Assembly: GCF_001194135.2 (NCBI RefSeq) | Contig: NC_068990.1 | Span: forward strand, 57,552,745-57,597,964 | DNA from: Octopus bimaculoides | Taxonomy: Eukaryota | Direction: 5' to 3' | DNA length: 45,220 nucleotides | Part shown: positions 25,453 through 36,635 of the stretch, piece after piece | How positions within the stretch are numbered: position 1 is the first letter of the stretch | How the letters are laid out: each line of letters starts with the position of its first letter | The notes under the pieces: model-generated | The model's database searches: none | Seen by the model: the letters and a program-made list of their open reading frames with translations, nothing else | What the model was told of the DNA's origin: nothing | Translations under genes and position numbers: made by a program

Positions 25453-26380
25453 TGTTGTGTTAAGTCAAAAGATATGCAATATTTTGGTAATTTATTTGTT
25501 TTATTCATCAGAATACAACAAAAGCAGCCTAGCCTTCAAAGTAGATGCCATCGTATTGCACTGTCTAAAGCCACCTTTCTGTCAGTTCTCTGATTCCGTG
25601 CTGATACCAGTTCTTGCCCTTTTAGATAAAGAACTCCTTCACTGAAGCTTCCACCTTTTTTTTTGGGGGGGGGGAGTTGATGAGCATCGTGAGAGCAGGA
25701 AGTGAGCCATAAACTGGAACATGTAATAATCCAAGGGAGCTAGATCCAGACTATATGCTGGGTGTGATATCACTTTGATTCCCTCAAGTTCTTGGAGTTT
25801 ATTCCAGGTCATTCAAGTGATGTGAGATCTTGCATTGTCATGCTGCAGAAGAGCCCACTTTCTGTTAAACAATACCAGGTATTTTTTCCAACATAATGAC
25901 ATACATCCACTCCAGCCATGTAGAGTACAGGTTTGTATTGATGGTTTGGCCATCTGGAATGAACTCATAGTGAATTATTCCCTCCTAATTCCACTAGGTA
26001 CGGAGTAGCGCCTTGTGTTCAAAACACCCATATTTTGGCGACAGGTTCCAGAAGCTGGCCCTTGCTTAAACACTGCTCATACACATTAGGATTGGAGAAA
26101 AATATCTCTCCCAGATTATTACTTGTTTCAATTCATGGCTCATTTCCTGTGGTCATGATGCTTCATCAACGAAGTTGAGGTGAAAACTTCAATGAAGGAC
26201 TTCTTCACCTCAGAGGACAAGAACTGGTATCAGCATGGGATCAAGAACTGGCAGACAGGTGGCTTTAAATAGTGCAACCCAAGAACCTCTACTTTGAATG
26301 CCAGGTTGCTTTTGTTGTAACTTGATAAATAATGCAAATAAGTTACCAAACTATTGCAAAACTTTTAACTCAACACAATA
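25453..26380. mobile_element. Mariner derivative made of two inverted 3' ends
   Basis: Minus strand: LQHDNARSH..HPAYSLDLAPLDYYMFQFMAHF..KNWYQHGIRELTERW plus TIR. Plus strand from ~26105: DYYLFQFMAHF..KNWYQHGI..YFEC plus TIR. The TIRs TTGTGTTAAGTCAAAAGATATGCAATA and TATTGCAAAACTTTTAACTCAACACAA are inverted. Confidence 0.85.
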
Positions 26381-27837
26381 AAAATGTTGTGGAGGCACCA
26401 CTTAAGCAAATTTGATAGCACAACATGTGTATAATACTCATTTGCTTAAATTAGTTGTCTGAATATCCCGTAAGAAATTATTTTTACTCCTTGGGAATCA
26501 ATGCTCGGAGATTTTAAAGAGAAGTGATAAAAGAGTCAGGATTGCAAAACCTGAAAGTTCTGAATAAAACCAAACTATATGTTGTTGATAAAAGCAAACA
26601 TCCAAGAATATTTAAATGGTAAAAGAGCCTTTTATGAATTAGCAGTTCTCATCATTATCACATCAAAAACTTTACACATATCATATGCTAATCTGAATAT
26701 TTTGTTGGATTGATCATGTTTATTTATTTTGTTAATAATTTATAATGATATCAGGCAGGAAATAAAAGTTTAGGAAGAATGTATGTTAGATGTAAAACTG
26801 TAAAACAATATTTAGAAATTTAAGTTTAGCTGATAATCTTCAGGCCTTAACTTCAATCAAAATATATATTTTGCCCCTAATCATAGTGTCTTTAATCCTT
26901 TTCCTACTATTAAATACTATTGCCTAAATCTTGAAAATTCTGCTAAAATTCTAGCCAGAAAATATTGAAAGCATTTTATAGCCTTCAGTTAAATGTTGAA
27001 GTTAAAATTCCTAAACTTCAAAGCAGATAAACTATATGGCAAAGAGTATTTTACATCTGGGGCAATGTAAGATGTTTAATGTTCTATGAAATGATTGATT
27101 TATTGAGGAAACTTCAAATTGCTCAGCTGCAAACTTAAAATCAGCCTAAAATGATTGATATTTCCCCAAAACCTCTTTTTTTCTTCTCTCCCTCTCATTC
27201 TCTTACTACTCACTGTGTGTGTGTGTATTTGTGTGTGTGTGCATGTGTATGTCAGTGTGTATGTGTACATATGTGTGATATATACGTATATATCTTTTGT
27301 TGCTGTGGCATGTTTCATGAGATGATTTTAGATCTAAAACTTGGCAAAACCTGTCTTTCTTAAGGTAATTTTTCTGAAGCATCACCAATCACAGTATCAA
27401 CGAAGCATGATGCTACTCAACTTCAGGGAATTGATGAAAAACTTTATCAATACTTACCACAATCATTAGAAGAAATATCATTTCAACTTTCGAAATAATC
27501 ACATCAATGTGATGTTACATGTTTCCTACAAAAGTTCACCTTTACACATTCCTCTAAGGTCTTCTAGACTAATGCTTAATTCTACTTGCATTGTTCAGGG
27601 GATAAGAGAAAAATCATACACTTCATCCGTTTTTCATTTGTCTTTGCATTTGTTTATCCAGGCTAGTATGGGTCAGACTAGTGGTTCTCATGTGGGGTTC
27701 ATATGATCCTTGGGAGTCCATATAAGATTTTATTGTTAAAATTTATCAGCAATGAATTAGTTATGATTCTACAATACACAAAATATCTAAACAATTTTTT
27801 CTATACATTTCCTAATAATATTAATTTATAAAAAGCA

Positions 27838-28025
27838 CTCATTATACTCTTGGAGTGGTTGGCATTAGGAAGGGTGTCCACCCATAGAAACCATGCCAAA
27901 TCAGACGGGAATCTGGTGCAGCTCCCTAGCTTACCAGCTCCAGTCAAACCATCTAATCCATGCCAGCATGGAAAATGGACGTTAAATGATGCTGCTGCTG
28001 ATGATGATGATGACAATGATGATGA
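27838..28025 (+). mobile_element. SINE family C
   Basis: GGAGTGGTTGGCATTAGGAAGGG...GGACGTTAAATGATG followed by (GAT)n. Confidence 0.8.
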
Positions 28026-28486
28026 TTGGAAGGCTTTGAGGGTTCATCCAAGTAAAAATAGGAATCCAGACATCTTATTACAGAAGCCTGCCAAAAATGT
28101 CACTACAGGTATAATTAAAAGTTTGTTTACAATTAGCTCATGATGTCAAGATAAGGAGCCACAAGCATTTTTTTGTATAGCTCACAGTTAGAAACAAGAG
28201 TTGCTATGAATGCAAATAAAAATCCAAATTGCGAGAGTTGAACAGGTAAAATCCAGGCCACATATGTTTCCTAGCTAGCTAATCTTCTGATGTAATAAGT
28301 ACTCAATGAGGGGTACTCAGCTAGCTAATCTTCAGGCCAAGGAAACAGCTATGGTGAGTTAACTTGGGATTCTCAAACGACAATATAAACTTTATATAAT
28401 TAAAATTCTCAACCTTTGAGTCACTTATGTAACTTTCTGCCTATTCTAATAAACACAGTTATATATGTTTCCTTTTTGGTGTAGTG

Positions 28487-28793
28487 AAGGCATGTGTCTT
28501 AGTGGTTAGGGTATTTGGCTCACGATTGTAAGGTCATGAGTTCAATTCCCATTGTATTGTGCCCTTGAGCAAGACACTTTATTTCACATTGCTCCAGTTC
28601 ACTCAGCTGGCAAAAACGAGTAGTACCTGTATTTCAAAAGGCTAGCCTTGTCACATTCTGTGACACACTGAATCTCCCAGAGAGCTACATTAAGGGTACA
28701 CGTGTTTGTGGAGTGCTCAGCCATTTGCATGTTAATTTCATGAGCAAGCTGTTCCATTAATCAGATCAACTGGAAACCTTATTGTCATAACTG
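28487..28793 (+). mobile_element. SINE family D
   Basis: tRNA-like head plus the TTAAGGGTACACGTG core. Confidence 0.8.
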
Positions 28794-28937
28794 AGTTTTG
28801 GTGTATTTCTCTATGAACAATAATGTATGTTAGTGCATACATTTACATATTACACAGATTCATTTAAACTATTTTTGTACATCTACGTGTTTATTTCAAA
28901 TGGCTTTGGCGTTTTCATTTATGTAATTTGATGTAGG

Positions 28938-29165
28938 TTAACTCTTTAACATTCACATTATTCTGTCAAACATGATGCTTATTTCTTCACATAGTCTATA
29001 AATAATCATGCATTATTTTGCAGCTCTGAGATTTTCGATTATGGGATTGTTTACTTTTAGTTTGACATTGTAGGGTAGGTGTGAGAGACTGTATTTGGCC
29101 AGTTTGAACATAAAACAAATAGAATATTTTGGCTGGATATGGCCAGTTTAAATGCTAAAGGGTTA
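28938..29165 (+). mobile_element. TTAA-flanked MITE, same family as 19376
   Basis: TTAACTCTTTAACATT ... AATGCTAAAGGGTTAG. Confidence 0.75.
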
Positions 29166-29860
29166 GAGAATGGAACTCAGGCAAGAATGGACTATCAAAA
29201 CCTAGTTTGTTTTTTGCTTGTTTAATCCTGAATCAGCTCTTAAGAATCAGGCCTATGATTGAAACGTTCCAGTTGCTGTGATCATCCCATAATTTTGGAG
29301 AGTATCAAGAAAACCTCGTTCGTTGTTTTCTAACTCAATATCAGCTCTGATGAAGCAGACCTGTGATCAAAGGCATTTCAGCTGGGACGATCTTGTCTGT
29401 TTTAGAATTATTTAGATTTTCAGGTTTATATAATTCTAGATATAGTAAATGTGAATAAAAATAAAACAGGTTGGTCACAAATGGAATGCTTTGATTATAA
29501 GATATACTCAATAATTATTGCAAATCTATAACAGTGATAAAAGCAGCAACACTATTGCAAGCTCTCTCTCTTTTTCTCTCTTTCTTTTGTTATCTAACAT
29601 TCTCTACATTGTCAAATATGTCCTTTCCTTTTTGGAGATAGTATACTGAAATTTTATGATAGCCTTGCTGCTATTTCTAGCAGGCCTATCAGCTGCATAG
29701 AGTTTCCCAGAAACTGCATTAATTGGCTCAAATCTTCGATATTTCAGGTAGAGTCATTTTGCATGTGCAAAGTTGAGTGCACTCTACCACTCTGATCATA
29801 GCTTAAGCAATGATGGCTTCTTCCAGGTTGATTTGACATAATATGAAGATGAAACCTGCA

Positions 29861-30070
29861 AGTACCTGTATTTCAAAAGGCTAGCCTTGTCACATTCTGT
29901 GTCACACTGAATCTCCCAGAGAGCTACATTAAGGGTACACGTGTTTGTGGAGTGCTCAGCCATTTGCATGTTAATTTCATGAGCAAGCTGTTCCATTAAT
30001 CAGATCAACTGGAAACCTTATTGTCATAACTGAGTTTTGGTGTATTTCTCTATGAACAATAATGTATGTT
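29861..30070 (+). repeat. 210-bp near-perfect local duplicate of 28622-28831
   Basis: One mismatch seen (GTGACAC vs GTGTCAC). The duplicate includes the SINE D 3' part and its unique flank. Confidence 0.92.
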
Positions 30071-31530
30071 CTATAAGTCAGTATATTATGTCTCACATTT
30101 CTTGAATCTAAACTTTAGTATGCACCATACTTGATATCTGTACCCAACAGAACAGGATTCACTGGGTACCATGAGATTTCGAGTTACAAAAACCTACAAA
30201 TATATTTCAAGCATTGACACTTATCTAGATTCTTAGTGTATATCTGCATACAAGCATTACAAATATGTACATAATCCTTGGTTTTGTAGAAAATATCATA
30301 AACCTATTTTATTTCTATCAGAAAAATAAACTTAAATCAGCCGGCTATATCAGTAATGTGCAAAGGAATCCATCCTTTCTTTTAAAAGTCCTTCAGGTTC
30401 AGCGTTGTCTTTGATCATCAGTTGAAGGTTAAAATCACCTGTGCATTATATCAGAGCATCTCAAAGTCCAGCCAACTATTCTTTGTTTTTATTTCTTTGC
30501 ATTCTCATGCATTGTAATCTTTGTTTAACAAATTGCTTTGTGCCTTTGAGAGATTTGGATTAAAACATTGTGAAGGAATTTTGTTATATTGATTTTGAAG
30601 ACTTTCAGATATTTCCGCATTTCTTTTCTCATTTTTCCAATTATGATTTTCCTCAAAAGAAATGCTTCCTCATGTTTTCTACTTCTCCTCTTGATGGGGT
30701 TGTTTATTATCTGAGGATCTTTCCCAATATGAACTGCTTACATCTAATCTTCAGGGTTGAAGAATGCACAAACAAAATGTTCAGGGATTTGTATTTCTGC
30801 TTTCTCTTGCCAAAGAATGTAAAAAGGTCAGAGAAAGCAAACCTCCTTAATTGGCATTTAGAAATGGTGGATGGGAAAAACAGATAAAAATCATGGAGAT
30901 CAGAACATAGCATTTTCTATCTTTACTCCAACTATAATCCCAGTTTCTACAATCTCTACTGGCCCCAGATTAACCTCATTCAAAACCTTTGGCTAAATAT
31001 TCCTTTACACTTCTTGTCATAATCAAGGTATTTCCGAAGACCCATGACCATGTTTTTTGTTTAAACCAAACTATGTAATTCTCCCTCTCTCTTGTTCTGT
31101 TACTCTATTTTCCATATGAAGTACAGAAAATAATGGTAAAGCACATGCATTTTAATGAAGCATTTTAGTTAACTTTAATTCATAACATAAATGCAAGACT
31201 TGTTTTAAAGACATACATGGAGTATCATAAATCTTATATTTTCACAAATTTACTTATAAATTTTTCTATCTGGTTAGTCAACTACCTATTTCTCTAGACT
31301 TGAAGTAAAGATTTTCCTTACTTTTAAAGAATTCTTAGAAACAGCATGAAACATCTTATAATAATTCTGCTAGTCATTGCGTTACTTAGCCCATCGGTAA
31401 CACTTTCGCATGATTAGAGAAAAAGAGGGAGATGGAAGTGTCTTAAACAGTTTATTTGAATGAAATGCAAAGTAACTGTGGATTCTAAGTTTCAGCCACA
31501 GTGGTTCATCAATTAACTGTCAACTTTATA

Positions 31531-31825
31531 CAGGGTGTTTGGGTTAAAATTAACGATTTTCTTATGTCTCCTGTTTTTTGGAACAGCTTGATGTATCGAT
31601 GAATAATTAATGGCGTTAGAGAGCATAGAGATTAAAGCTGCAGTTGAAAAAACGTTTGCTGACGTGGAAGAATGGAAACCACCTGAAAGTTGGAAAAGTG
31701 ATACCTGTATCATGATGACTCACATTGGGTTTCGAAATGCCGACATCATGACTTCATATCAATGCTCTGTGAACACTTTAAAGGCGACAAGACAAGACAT
31801 GGACATCATGAAATCCAATTTCCTC
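31531..31825 (+). mobile_element. Tc1-like transposon 5' fragment
   Basis: TA|CAGGGTGTTTGGGTT terminus, then WKPPESWKSDTCIMMTHIGFRNADIMTSYQCSVNTLKATR, which looks like the N-terminal HTH region of a Tc1-family transposase. Confidence 0.55.
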
Positions 31826-31829
31826 CAGT

Positions 31830-33075
31830 GATGATCGTTGGGTGTGACCATATTCTTTCAGAAAATCGAGATCAAGCATGCTTTTGTCCTTTTGCTCAAC
31901 GTGTGGTTTTCGTCCACGCTGAGCTCGCCTTGGGACACCTGCGTTACCTTTTGACACACATACCACCTCAGTCAGACTCTTCGACCGTCACTTTTCTCGA
32001 CGAAGGGTCGCGCATCGGCACCCGTCAAGGCATACTCCATGACATTCCATGCGCTTCGCACCAGATAATGAATCACTTCTCATTAACTGCTCGATCCCTT
32101 TACCATCGAGTGCGTAAGGTAACTATGGAAGTGACGGTTTTTCATCGTCGCAAACGTGCACGACACCCCAACGCGAAACCGACCTGCCGACAACGTCGGC
32201 ACGAGAGGAATCATAAGAGGACAGCGGTCGCGATGCTGCCGGTATCGGCAGCCGGTGCTGGTCAATGCAAAGGCTACCGCTTATGCTACGCCAACTAAGC
32301 ACCCTCATAAAATCAGACTAGAGTCAAGCTCAACAGAGTTCTCTTTTCTCCACTGGTCCGTCTAAGCCTGTTCCCTTAACTGTGATTTCGTTATACAGCA
32401 GAGAGAGACAGTGGGAAACCCATTGATCTGTTTATGCACATCACTAATTAGATGTCGTGGAATTTGGCTACTTTTATGAATGCGAAACCGCAACTTACGC
32501 TGAAGTTTACGTGGATAGTTCCACAGTGTACTCACTGATAGCAACACACACGTGGAACTTAATACTGACCCAAATCTTTAGTCTCCAAGCCGGTACCGTT
32601 GTTTTAAGGTGGATGGTGCCACATGCTAAGAAGTAAAAAAGTATCTACGGAATGAAATGGCTTGTTCGGGCAGAGCACAACCCTCGAGGCTGTCCCCCCC
32701 ACACACACGTCGAAGAGGTGCTCTCAATGTCTCCCTATCCAAGACGAGAGGAAGTTTTTCCTCCAAGACGCCCAGTTGGTTGACTGAGGTAAGTTTTGAC
32801 GTCCTTTGGCAGAGGGTCCCTCACGAGAGGCTGCCGGTATTTAAGTGGACAATGCCACAAACTATAAATATGGGCCTGATGTGAGCGGGTCGTTCTTCTC
32901 CCAGAAGTGAGCCGAATAGCATTATCTTCGAGGCACATCCATCTACCAACACCAGGTCTGCTCGATTCCACCCATCGAGCAAATTGGACAGAAAGATCTC
33001 CGAGTCACCAGGGCTATAAATGATCACTGTGGTGCCTCAGAAGTTCTCAGACCACGTGTCAGCTCAGTAAAGGAA
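31830..33075 (-). mobile_element. Probable heavily degraded L1/Tx1-clade LINE ORF2 (APE endonuclease and linker)
   Basis: GC-rich block. Minus frames give TRGLR (N-terminal NxRGL-like), NLLDGW, RPGVG, LPLVL, IEQLMRSDSLSGA and AQRGRK in the order expected for Tx1-type ORF2. Similarity judged by eye only. Confidence 0.4.
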
Positions 33076-33902
33076 ACGTCAAGGCTGAAAGTGATTGCTA
33101 TGAAATATGATCACATTTTCTTAAGTCGACCTTTTCTGTTTATTCTTTCATTACAAAGATTTATTGCAGGAAGCCTCAAATAACTCAAATGTTATATGAA
33201 CAACCTTTGAGAAATTCCTTACAAATTCTAATTGTTATGTGCCCTGTAGAGTATGTATGTGTCTTGTTATGAAATGTATATGCATACTCATATATACATT
33301 CATATACACGCTGAGAGTATAGACCCATAAAAATAGAGAAGTACATCTTCCCGGATAAACTTATTTCCTATATTATTTATTACCTCAAATTTATTCATTT
33401 ATTTTGCTGCCTGTTCTAAAAACGTCTGTTTTCTGTAAATTGTTTTCACTTATCATTTAATAATAGAGACACTATCACCTTTGATCAGACCAAAGTTTTC
33501 GTTAACTGTATTTTCAGTATCAAAAACACAAAAATGTTAAGAAAAAAAGAATCTACAAATATCTAATAATTGCTAGGTTCTTCTGAAAAGGAAGTATATA
33601 CTCTCTATTAAGTAATTTTACATTGCATTATCTTCCAATAAAGAATATATTTACTTAAAAAGTAACTCCTGATCTACAATAATGGCTGATCTAACACTGG
33701 CACAAAGCCATGCATCGGGAATTATGAACATATTCGATTTAATCTACTCCAGTAATTAGCTGGTACTATATTTTGTCGATCTGCCTGTTTCGAAGGTCGA
33801 ACGGTAAAAATCAACTATTTAGTTCTCTTATTTAACTTTTTTTTTTCTTCTCCCTTGTTTCAGTCATATATTTTGGAACGTTGAAATAATATGTTGGTAA
33901 TA

Positions 33903-34110
33903 ATCCTTTCAAATGTAGGCACAAAGCCTGAAGTTCGGAGGAGGCATTGGTCGATTACATCGACTCCAATGTTCAGCTGATACTTATTTTATCGACCCCG
34001 AAAAGACGAAAAGTAAAGTCGACAACGGCGAAATTTGAATTCTGAACGTTAAGACGGACAAAATTCCACTAAGCATTTTGCCTGGCGTGCTAACAATTCT
34101 GCCAGCTCTA
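33903..34110 (-). mobile_element. SINE family B, CpG-intact
   Basis: GGTCGATTACATCGACTCC..TTTTATCGACCCCGAAAAG..GTCGACAACGGCGAAATTTGAA..CTGCCAGCTC. Confidence 0.85.
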
Positions 34111-34679
34111 CATGGCAGTGGTAGATAATTTTAAAACATTCTCAATCGATTGATAAGGACAAGAACATTCAAAATTACAAGTGCAGTTGTTAAACAATCA
34201 TGGGAAGGATCAACAGTAACAACGACACAAAAAGTAAGCAAGATGATTTATATAGTGGGGAAATGAATAACAGAAAAGTAACTGTGAATCTATTCCTGTA
34301 CTTCACAAGACCTTTTATTTGAGCTTATTTGAAATGTTCTGCTTCCTTATCGTTCCATTCTACTGATTCAATATTTCCAGCAGTTTGCTGTCTCTGTCCC
34401 TCCTCGATTTGCTTTTCTTCCCAATGCATTGGATTCATATTATTGGGAGAGGAGTACAGGTTCCCTGGACGTTGACGTACGAGATATCGGTTATTCCCAA
34501 CGAAGCGAAGTGAGTCCTTAGGCCATCTTCGAAGATTCGACTTGTTTTTAGGAAAGTAAAGTTTGTAGGCCCTACAGATGTTAATGGATAACTATTTCCT
34601 GCGTCTCTCTCTCTCCCTCTCTCTCCTCTTTTGTTGTTTTCAGGTCCTCAGGGAACAAATCTTCATGTGGAGCTTACTA

Positions 34680-35060
34680 TCTTTTTGCCTTCTACTCGTT
34701 TCAGTCATTAGACTGCAGCCATGCTGGGGCACCACCCTGAAGAGTTTTTAGTAGAAAATATCGACCTCAGCACTTTGTTTTTTAACTCTGCTACTTATGT
34801 CGGACTCTTTTGCCGAACCACTAGGTTACGGGGACGTAAACGCACCAGTTGTCAAGCTGTGGGTGAGAAAACAGACACGTATATATATTTATACAATAGA
34901 ACTTTTTCAGTTTCCGTCAACCAAATCCACTCACAAGACTTTGGTCGACCAGAGGCTATAATAGAAGATATTTGTCCAAGGTGCCACGCAGTGGGACTGA
35001 ACCTGGAACCATGTGGTTGGGAAGTAAACTTCTTACCACAAAGCCACGCCTGCGCCTATA
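34680..35060 (-). mobile_element. SINE family A, full-length and CpG-intact
   Basis: Minus-strand head GGCGCAGGCGTGGCTTTGTGGTAAGAAG..GGTTCAGTCCC. Confidence 0.85.
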
Positions 35061-35067
35061 AGTGAGA

Positions 35068-35165
35068 TGTTTACAGCACCTAGATTTCCTGATAACTAGG
35101 ATCGACTTTGCTTAACTTCCGTGATCGGACAAAAACCATTGCGTTCAAGAGCATTCTATGCCACC
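35068..35165 (-). pseudogene. 5S rRNA-derived fragment with internal deletion
   Basis: Minus strand GGCATAG..TTGAACGCAATGGTTTTTGTCCGATCACGGAAGTTAAGCAAAGTCGATCCTAGTTA-TCAGGAAATCTAGGTGCTGTAAAC matches metazoan 5S (GTCCGATCACCGAAGTTAAGCAACGTCG..GTTAG..GGTGCTGT). The GTACTTGGATGGGTGACCG segment is missing. Confidence 0.8.
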
Positions 35166-35323
35166 AGTTGAATCGCTGTTCTATTCGCACCTTCCACGAG
35201 TTAAAGCTTCGAATCGTCCGTGTAAGTATCAGGGTAACTGTATGTCAGTGTAACTCTCAATTGACCAAAAGTCATTGAATGATTTGTGCTGCAACGCTTT
35301 GAATGAAAATTAATTTTGCTTGC

Positions 35324-35356
<33 letters not shown>

Positions 35357-35461
35357 CCCAAGAACCTTTTTTTTGTAAAAATCAGAGATAATGAAGCAAA
35401 CGTCCCGAAATTCTTGATGTCCCTTGTTTGCATTAATCTAAAAGTGATTTTATTTCTTTAA

Positions 35462-35840
35462 AAGGGGTGGCTGTGTGGTAAGAAGCTTGCTTTCCAACCA
35501 AATGGTTCTGGATTCAATCCTTCGGCGAGGCACCTTGTATCTTCTTCTATAGTCCTATGCTGATCAAAGCCTTGTGAGTGAATTTGATAGACTGAAAGTG
35601 AAAGAAGCCTGTCGTACGCATATATGTATCTATGTGTGTGTGTCTTTAAGACTGTTTGTCCCCTACCACAGCTTAACAACCGTCCCCGTAACTTAGCGGT
35701 TCGGCAAAAGTGACCGACAGAATAAGCACCAGGCTTTAAAGAGATAAGTACTGGGGTCAATTCATTCGACTAAAAATTCTTCACGGTAGTGCCTCAGCAT
35801 GGTCACAGTCTAATGACTAGAGCAAATAAAAGATAAAAGT
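35462..35840 (+). mobile_element. SINE family A, full-length
   Basis: GGGGTGGCTGTGTGGTAAGAAG...GTAACTTAGCGGTTCGGCAAAAG...CAGCATGGTCACAGTCTAATGACT. Confidence 0.85.
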
Positions 35841-36319
35841 ATCGTGGTAAAACACTCAGAGAAAGGAAGGGGAGAAGGAGAGAAAGAAGGGGAGAGAGGA
35901 GAGGGAGAGAGAAGAAGTTCGAGCAAACCTGACTCATAAAAATCAAGATATAAAATAGGGAGATGTACAAGTGGAAAAAAATTTTTTTACAGTTTAATAG
36001 GGCTACTATTATGTTTAAAAAAACCTACAAACGTTATCAATCTTATCTGATATAAAAATTTGTTAATAAAAATATAGTGAACACTTATGCACAGTTAAGA
36101 TAAACCTTGATCTGCCATTGTTAACCTTCATGACCTCGTGTTTTGTAAGCTTCACCGTTTGTAATAAATGTCAAAAGAGGTTAAAAATTTTATTTCCAGC
36201 AAAAAGCGGCTCTTCAAGGATGAAATAATGCTGTGTTAAAATGGCACAAAAAAACCCCTGATCTACGACGAAATTCTACTACAGTTAAGCTACCAGTATT
36301 AGAACACAAAGGGCAGCGG

Positions 36320-36635
36320 CTCGTGGTCATAGGATCGCGGTTGTGTGTGTTTATTGAGCAAAAACACCTAAACCTCCACGAGGCTCCGGCAGGGGATGGT
36401 GGTGAACCCTGCTGTACTCTTTCACCACAACTTTCTCTCACTCTTACTTCCTGTTTCTGTTGTGCCTGTAATTCAAAGGGTCAGTCTTGCCATACTGAAT
36501 ATCCCTGAGAACTACGTTAAGGGTACACGTGTCTGTGGAGTGCTCAACCACTTGCACGTTAATTTCACGAGTAGGCTGTTCCGTTGATTGAACCAATTGG
36601 AACCCTCGACGTCGTAAGTGACGGAGTGCCAACAA
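36320..36635 (+). mobile_element. SINE family D, CpG-intact
   Basis: Colinear with 11092-11425 and ends GACGTCGTAAGTGACGGAGTGCC. Confidence 0.85.

Noticed and set aside
30400-30913. ORFs on both strands with a purine-rich minus strand
   Set aside because: Stop density is near random expectation and no domain motif is present.
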